Source: Chrysomallon squamiferum | Lineage: Eukaryota; Animalia; Mollusca | Direction of reading: 5' to 3' | NCBI GenBank assembly: GCA_012295275.1 | Contig: CM022677.1 | Coordinates: 3,410,001-3,474,000, forward strand | Length of the DNA stretch: 64,000 nt | Part shown: positions 55,001 to 64,000 of the stretch, piece by piece | How the letters are laid out: each line of letters starts with the position of its first letter | How positions within the stretch are numbered: position 1 is the stretch's first letter | Translations under genes and position numbers: made by a program | Notes under the pieces: generated by a model | Database searches by the model: none | The model's input: only the letters and a program-made list of their open reading frames with translations | What the model was told of the DNA's origin: nothing

Positions 55001-56372
55001 TTGTATTTATGCTTAAGTCAAATGTGTTCAACTGCATTTATCTTTTTTCTTCTGAGAAATTATAAGAAAATTGTCAGGATTTTTTCAGATTAAATTAACA
55101 ATTAATTAAATTTAAATATTTACACTGTTTGTCTTCTTTGATGATTTTATTTTTATATACTGATAATTTTATATAAATGTTTTATAAAGCAAACCTATTT
55201 GCTTGATATGTTAAGTTTAGCTAGTACAGAATCAATGTAATAATGGTTTATGCACCAACAAACCTTGTAATAATTTACACGCCAGCCTAATAGAGCAGTG
55301 AACAGAACAGTTGTATAAATTTGTAATTTGCTATTTTTAATATCTCTCCCTAATCTCAGAAAAAAGATAGATTTAATACAGGTGAAAGAAATTTACAATA
55401 TTAATCTGATTGAAATTAAGAATATAAAAACCTTTAATAAATTATTTAAATTTTAAATTGCATGGAAAAAATACAAATTTGGACTAAAATTCTTCTTGAT
55501 AAGACAATGAAATGCAGTTAGAGCGTCTTTCACTTTATTTTATGTTTAGTTTATTAATGAATATCATATTTTGTTGTAGGATCCTAGACAACAGATTCAA
55601 GCTGCCTCAGCCAGCAGTGCATTTTCAGAAAAGATTCACCAGAAAACTATTACATCAGTCTTTCAAGAGAAAATCTGTCTGAAATGTAATTTGAATTGTG
55701 AAAATTCAGTGATCTCCAAGAGACTGCATTGTCAATGTGATGAGAACATCCAGTGTACACATTGTACTTCATAGCAGCTTGCACTGTTTTTATCATTGAT
55801 GTGTGCTTGGTTATTCTAATCTTTCTCACTGAAAGAAGAATGGAGATTCATCGTTGCTATGGAATACCATCTTTGTAAAACTATGTAATTAGAGGTATTT
55901 GAACTTTTTATTAAAACACAATAAAACAACATTTTTTCTTTATGTTATTTAAATCAGGGTAAAATCAGGGGTTTGCTGGGGGTAATAAATGTAAATATAA
56001 TTGAAAACACACATACACACATATTTACGTACACACTCTCTCTCTCTTAATATCGTATTTAATTATTTATTCTTTTATCTATTTATCTATCTATAAATAT
56101 ATTTTCTTTATCTATCTATTTATGCCATATACATAAGCAACAGACTCAGTCTTTCTTACAGTCGTGCAGTATATACTGATGCCTCCTTGCATCTATCTAG
56201 CTTTTTTCTGTCTTTCAGTTTACATCTCTATCCACCCTTTTACACACATATACATACAATCATCAAACACACAAATACATTATCATTCCTATACACACAC
56301 ACACACACACACATATGTAGGTACATATACATACAATCATCTTTAAAACACACAAATATACATTATCATTCC

Positions 56373-56413
<41 letters not shown>

Positions 56414-56467
56414 GTAGGTACATATACATACTAATCATCTTTAAACACACAAATACATTATCATTCC

Positions 56468-56504
<37 letters not shown>

Positions 56505-57591
56505 GTAGGTACATATACATACTAATCATCTTTAAACACACAAATACATTATCATTCCTATATACACACACACACACACATATATATGTAGGTACATATA
56601 CATACTAATCATCTTTAAACACACAAATACATTATCATTCCTATATAAACACACACACACATTCCTTAACATCTATCTATATGTCTATCAGTCTGTCTAC
56701 AAATCAATCTACCAAACTAGTAACATACCTACATATCAGTTTATCTCTCTAGCTTATACGTCTGTTTTTCAATAACCATCTCTCAATCATATGTCCAGCT
56801 ACCTGAATATCTAACTATATACTACTTCAAACCTCGCTATCTTGCTGAATGTCTGTCTATATAATCTATCTATATTTATTTCTGTTTATCTGTCTATATT
56901 ATCTTTCTGTATTTATTTCTGTTTATCTATATATATACACACAGAGATAAATAATTACATCTTTCTGTATTTATCTCTTTTATGTCCGTCTATATATATC
57001 TATATTTATTTATCTCTGTATATCTGTCTATATAATCTATCTGTATTTATCTCTGTTTATCTTGTAGGTTCTGTATATAATCTATCTATATTTATTTATC
57101 TCTGTGTATCTGTCTATATAATCTGTCTGTATTTATTTCTATATATCTACATAATCTATCTGTATTTATTTCTATATATCTATCTATCTGTATTTATTTC
57201 TATATATCTATATATAACCTATGTATTTATCTCTGGATATCTATCTTTAAGTTATCAGTTCATCACTAACGTGATCCTAACACGGATCCAATCCTCTCTG
57301 TCTTCTGTCTGTCTCTGTGTGTATTTATCTATGTACATTTACATCATCATATCCACTTTACCATCATACTTGCTTACACCTATCTATTTATCCATCCATC
57401 GAACTCTAAGGAAATGCCTCCCTATATATGCTTCTCTATCCATCAATAACAATCCCTTGAATCAGCTATTCATCTTCCTGACTATCTCCCTAAATTATTA
57501 TAACTACGTTTTATATCTATCTTTCTGTGTTACTGTCCATTTATAACTCTCATTCACAATTCCATTATTTAGCGATCCTTATCAATCACTG

Positions 57592-57626
<35 letters not shown>

Positions 57627-59280
57627 CACTTTCTATGTCACATATCTATATGTATCTCTATATGTATATCTATGTACACAATTTCTCATTCTATCTACTT
57701 AATCAACCTACCTAACAGTTTATATATCAATAACATCAATCAGTCATTTAAACATCTTCTTGTCTACATACCTACGTATCACCTTCAAATCTCCCTATAT
57801 TTCTGTATGTTTGCTCAAATATATACTCAATATATTCACTCTTCAAAAAAAAGACAAGCAATGTTTCCATCTATATACTATTCCCTGCTCCAGCTTACAT
57901 ACCTACACCTGTATATATATATATATATATATATATATTCAGTCTTCCACCTTACCATCATACTTGCCTACACCTACCTGTCTGTCTGCTACATAACTGT
58001 CTACATATATCTACATATCAACCTACTGAACTACTGACCTACCTACCTGTCTGTCCCTCTGTGTGTCTGCTGTCTGTTAGTTAACTATCTACATACATCT
58101 ACATATCAACCTACTGAACTACTGACCTACCTGTCTGTCTCTCTGTGTGTCTGCTGTCTGTTAGTTAACTATCTACATACATCTACATATCAACCTACTG
58201 AACTACTGACCTACCCACCTGTCTGTCCCTCTGTGTGTCTGCTGTCTGTTAGATAACTATCTACATACATTTACATATCAACCTACTGAACTACTGACCT
58301 ACCTGTCTGTCTGTCTCTGTGTGTGTAACTATCCACATTACATCTACATATCAACCTATTGAACTACCATCCATCTATCCACATTAATCAATAACCATCC
58401 ATCAATCATATATCTAATTCCCTGTCAAACTACCTACATACATAACTAACTATGCCTGCATTACAACCTGTATGATTTAAGTATACATCTGTATGTCTAC
58501 ACTCTCAGCCTGGCACACAAACACAAGACAGAAAGAAGAAAACACAGAATAGATAAATAGACACTGTCATGTTTACCTATCTGCCTAAATTCATCTACAT
58601 CTATCAATTCATCTACATCTATCAATTCATTTGTTAACTTCTACTGATCTAACTGTCTATCAGTCTATCAATTCATTTGTTAACTTCTACTGATCTAACT
58701 GTCTATCAGTCTATCAATTCATCTACATCTATCAATTCATTTGTTACCTTCTACTGATCTAACTGTCAGTCTATCAATTCATCTACATCTATCAATTCAT
58801 TTGTTAACTTCTACTGATCTGTCTATCAGTTTATCAATTCATCTACATCTATCAATTCATTTGTTAACATCTACTGATCTAACTGTCTATCAGTCTATCA
58901 ATTCATCTTCATCTATCAATTCATTTGTTAACTTCTACTGATCTAACTGTCTATCAGTCTATCAATTCATCTACATCTATCAATTCATTTGTTAACTTCT
59001 ACTGATCTGTCTATCAGTCTATCAATTTATCTACATCTATCAATTCATTTGTTAACATCTACTGATCTAACTGTCTATCAGTCTATCAATTCATCTACAT
59101 CTATCAATTCATTTGTTAACTTCTACTGATCTAACTGTCTATCAGTCTATCAATGTTTCCCTTTCTTTCTGTATATCTTCCTGTGTATCTCTTTACCTGT
59201 TAACCTCCCATCAGACAGTCAGACTCATATCTCTGTCAATCTTCTCTCCTTTCCTTTAAATCACCTACAGCTGCTCTAAA

Positions 59281-59749
59281 CTTGCTAATATTGTCTATGA
59301 AAACAACATTAAGCTGGAACTTGCTAATATTGTCTATGAAAACAACATTAAGCTGGAACCTGCTAATGTTGTCTATGAAAACAACATTAAGCTGGAACCT
59401 GCTAATATTGTCTATGAAAACAACATTAAGCTGGAACTTGCTAATATTGTCTATGAAAACAACATTAAGCTGGAACCTGCTTGTTGTCTATGAAAACAAC
59501 ATTAAGCTGGAACCTGCTTGTTGTCTATGAAAACAACATTAAGCTGGAACTTGCTAATATTGTCTATGAAAACAACATTAAGCTGGAACTTGCTAATATT
59601 GTCTATGAAAACAACATTAAGCTGGAACTTGCTAATATTGTCTATGAAAACAACATTAAGCTGGAACCTGCTAATATTGTCTATGAAAACAACATTAAGC
59701 TGGAACTTGCTAATATTGTCTATGAAAACAACATTAAGCTGGAACCTGC
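59281..59749. repeat. 39-bp minisatellite, 12 units (copy of 38838-39349)
   Basis: Same unit, different order of variants. Confidence 0.93.
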
Positions 59750-59874
59750 TTGTTATCTGTCTGTAAATATCATTGCTCCACATATTTTCATTTCTTCTAT
59801 AATTTGTAATGTAGAAACACACAAAGCTTTTGCACTGTCATTAATCTTGACAGTGGAAGTTTTTTGTTCCCTTC

Positions 59875-60793
59875 CATAATAACCAAGAACCATCCACTGT
59901 TAACTATTGGAGAATAATCAATCCACACTGATGTGTACTGTCAACAACTTTCATAATAACCAAGAATCATCCACTGTTAACTATTGGAGAATAATCAATC
60001 CACATTGATGTGTACTGTCAACAACTTTCATAATAACCAAGAATCATCCACTGTTAACTATTGGAGAATAATCAATCCACACTGGTGTGTACTGTCAACA
60101 ACTTTCATAACAACCAAGAATCATCCACTGTTAACTATTGGAGAATAATCAATCCACACTGGTGTGTACTGTCAACAACTTTCATAATAACCAAGAATCA
60201 TCCACTGTTAACTATTGGAGAATAATCAATCCACATTGATGTGTACTGTCAACAACTTTCATAATAACCAAGAATCATCCACTGTTAACTATTGGAGAAT
60301 AATCAATCCACACTGGTGTGTACTGTCAACAACTTTCATAATAACCAAGAATCATCCACTGTTAACTATTGGAGAATAATCAATCCACACTGATGTGTAC
60401 TGTCAACAACTTTCATAATAACCAAGAACCATCCACTGTTAACTATTGGAGAATAATCAATCCACACTGGTGTGTACTGTCAACAACTTTCATAACAACC
60501 AAGAACCATCCACTGTTAACTATTGGAGAATAATCAATCCACACTGGTGTGTACTGTCAACAACTTTCATAATAACCAAGAACCATCCACTGTTAACTAT
60601 TGGAGAATAATCAATCCACACTGATGTGTACTGACAACAACTTCCATAACAACCAAGAACCATCCACTGTTAACTATTGGAGAATAATCAATCCACACTG
60701 ATGTGTACTGTCAACAACTTTCATAATAACCAAGAACCATCCACTGTTAACTATTGGAGAATAATCAATCCACACTGATGTGTACTGTCAACA
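59875..60793. repeat. 77-bp minisatellite, about 12 copies
   Basis: Units every 77 bp from 59875 to 60722. Confidence 0.95.
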
Positions 60794-63700
60794 TTTTCTC
60801 TGGAATCTGCTTTGGAAAGAAAAATCCATCTTTTGTGAATAATAATAATTGTTCCATATCAGTAGATACCTCATCTGTTTAAATTCTTCTCCCTCTTCTT
60901 GTAACTGAAGCTGATTCCAGAATCTTGTCTTTCCTGTAGATACAACAATAAAATGTAATAGAATAATAAGTATTTTTTTATTGTGTTTAATTGTCTGTAA
61001 TGTTAGAAAGAAATTATTATAAATAAACATCATCTGTCTCTTATTGTAATAGATTTTAATAATAAATCACAAATAATTTAAACAAAAAATATATATCTAT
61101 AACAAAGTATCACTACAAATTTTACATTCTGGTCAATTTAAAAAAAACAATTGTCTTTTATAACCGAATTCATAAAAATATGTGAAAGTATTTCTTTATG
61201 AAAGATTTTCTAATATTAAACAAGAAGAATGCACTGATTAGGTCAAAATATTTTAAAGTTAAGCAATACAAACATAACATGAAAATGTAATAATAATAAT
61301 AATACAAATACCACTAATATTTCTCAAAGCTGAAATCCATAAAATTGTGAATTCTCCTCTGAATCTTCAGCACTGACCTGCCTTGCACTGTAAGGGAGAG
61401 AGTGAGATCTGAAAACCTCTGTCTTTGTACAAGTGTTTAAAAAGAAATTCAAAATCTGACATGGACTTGACAGTTTCCACCTGTAAATTGAAAAGAATTC
61501 ATTATCACCAGCCTATAAAAAATGACAGGCATTTTAGTTAAATAACTATTTGATAAGTTCTGTCATTTATTCATTTACTAACAGATACCAAAGCTTTTCA
61601 GTTCTGTGTCACTCTCCACCAGGTATCTCAATCCAGTCACTTTGATTACAAGCTGCATTACTTTTTTGGAACACTTAGAACTGATTCTATACATCTAATT
61701 TTAGATTTGATTAAAAATATATAAGTTAATAATCTGCCTACAACATTCAATTTATCCACAATAATAATCTTTTAATCCCAAAAGATCAAGAGAATTCCAA
61801 TTAATTACAAATATTTAACATTTTAAAATGTGATGATATAATTAATTTAAACCACAAAAAAGTCCTTTATACCTACAGATCTTTTTGTTATATTTAAGAA
61901 AAAAAAAGAAAATTTTTTTATAACATTAAATGACAGCTGAATAAATTCATAAAAAATAAACATTATCTGTGAATATCATTCAGTTCATCAGCTAGTTTAT
62001 GTATATTATTCTAACACAAAACTGCAGTGATTAAAATGTTGAAGTGTTATCTTGATCTGAACTGAACTTTTATCACCTACAAATCTATGTTTATTAAAGT
62101 TAACAGATTTGAATCCTGAATGAGGAAGTGATCCAGCTGATAAAAAACAAAACAATAAATGAACGAAATAATGCAGACACTGCAAGAGTAACACAGAAAC
62201 TAATCAACTCTGTGTCATCTCATATATAACGTTTTGACTGGTAGGAAACAGAGTTGTAAGGATTTACATCTGCTTCTTCCTGAACAATGGCAGTTTATAG
62301 CATAATTACCACCAACTTGATTACTATGCATTTCGAAGGTACATTTTTAATGAATATCGAGGAATTTTTATAAAACAGAATCAAGAAATGAAGTACTGGT
62401 TTTGACATAAGTATAAAATCTACTGATCTGTCTTGTATCTGAGTTACCTGAAAGGTCTTCCAAGCTGGTCAACAAAATCCTCTGAAATGCTGAATCAATG
62501 TTTGTGCTGGTGGTATGATAGCTATATTTAAACAACTATCTTGTTTCATGTATGAGTCACTGTTTCTTACTATTTGTTCAAGGTCAGGAAATTTTGTGAA
62601 TTTTGTACATTCCCCATTTTTTACCCAGATTTATCTAAATAAATAAATATAGAAAGAAAAATTAATAAAATAAAATAAAAATAAATAATAAATAAAAAGT
62701 AAGCATCAAATTTATCATTCTAAATCTTAACGTACATTATTTAAATGACAATTTTTTTACCTATTCCAGGCTAGGAGCATATGATTAATTTATTTGGGAA
62801 GAAATATCTCAGTCATGGAAAATTATTATAAATTATCAATGAATTTAACTTAAACAATGTTTTAATACTGACTTTATTTATCTGGATATAGTGGTAACAT
62901 TCAAGAAGCAGCAAAAATAACATTAAAAAGGACTAAATCCTTTGCCACTGGCCATTACAAGCCCTGCATTCATACGTACATATGTACTTAAACACATTAC
63001 TATTATTAATTATTATAAAACATAATGATACCACTTACTTTAGAACAGTTCTCTGTTTTATTGATTTCCTCTGTCTAGTATCAGTATCAGATGAATTTGT
63101 CATCTTCAGGTTTTTTTTCTCATTATCACCTGCAAAACAAAATTACTTATTTAGCAATTTTGGAAGTAAAGCTGGATTAGCCACAATTAATAAACTCAAA
63201 ATGGTTTCCAGCTTACAATTTGTTATATCTGTATTCACTGAGTACATTTCTCTCTTTTATTTCCTCTTTCATCTTGAACTTCTACAATGATCTAGCAGAC
63301 TGTTTTGGCAGGCATCCCAGCTATTATTATAATATATGATCCTAAAATTGTGACAGAATTATATCTCATATCAAAAAACAACAACACATTTATAAATAAA
63401 ACTTAATGAAAGGCATTTAATCCAAAATCAAAACTAATTACTTCTGCTAGTTAGAGTCTTCAACAGAATGAAAGTCACATCAGTAGCTGATGGATGCTAT
63501 TAATTTAAATGTTATGATAAACATGCAGAGAAGTTTTGAATGCCAGTATTTTTAAAAATAAATATATAAATAAATAAAATATCAAAAATAAATTAAAAAT
63601 TAAATATAAATAAAAAGATACAAAGATAAAAGAGATAATAGTAAAGGAAAGTGAAGATAAATTAAAATTCTCAACTTTATAGTGAAATAAATCAACATTA

Positions 63701-64000
63701 AAATAAAAATCATTGCACAATGCAGAACAGAATTGTTGAAAGTATTAAACTTGTTAAAAAACTTGTCAAAGATCAACATCAAAAAAAAAAAAAAGGCAAA
63801 TTTAAAGTAATAAAAATCAAAACATCTGCCTAAAAATTGTAATTTTAAACTTTTATTTGAAGTTGTAAAATTATTTAAAGTAAAACATAACAAATAATGC
63901 ATTTTCTAATAACCTAACAAAATGAACTATAAGTATTATAACCAAACTGATTAAAACGAAAAAAAAACAGAAGAGTTAAAAAATTAATAAATTATTTATA

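Larger units (their letters stand above)
48117..64000 (+). repeat. Near-identical direct copy of about 27950-42820
   Basis: Collinear throughout, with matching ORF pairs (29503/49691, 32691/52805, 41806/62982). The window end matches 42820. Confidence 0.97.

Noticed and set aside
59875-60793. CRISPR-like regular array
   Set aside because: Head-to-tail units with no unique spacers, in eukaryotic DNA with no cas genes.

Overview
Very AT-rich, microsatellite-dense eukaryotic DNA with GT-AG introns, probably from an invertebrate. The Ig exon style and repeat load suggest a mollusc, but that is inference. Most long ORFs in the supplied track are microsatellite artefacts. Reading splice sites by hand reveals a cluster of at least three immunoglobulin-superfamily (IgSF) type-I receptor genes on both strands, nearly all with frameshifts, stops or deletions. 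Gene A (+, 665-4576) has five Ig domains, FN3 and TM in a nephrin-like layout. Gene B (-, about 16687-25365) has a candidate signal exon, a Cys-rich V-like Ig, a C2 Ig, a decayed Ig, and TM plus tail. Gene C (-, about 27808-30225) has Ig, FN3, TM and a candidate ITIM-bearing exon. The window also holds an orphan Ig exon (13068-13340), a decayed exon chain at 39.7-47.4 kb with weak receptor-phosphatase resemblance, a decayed Tc1 transposon and several minisatellites. After a 200-N gap (47917-48116), the sequence repeats about 27950-42820 almost exactly, most likely an uncollapsed haplotype overlap. Differences between the copies cluster in the Ig and TM exons. All translations were done by eye and no database searches were run.
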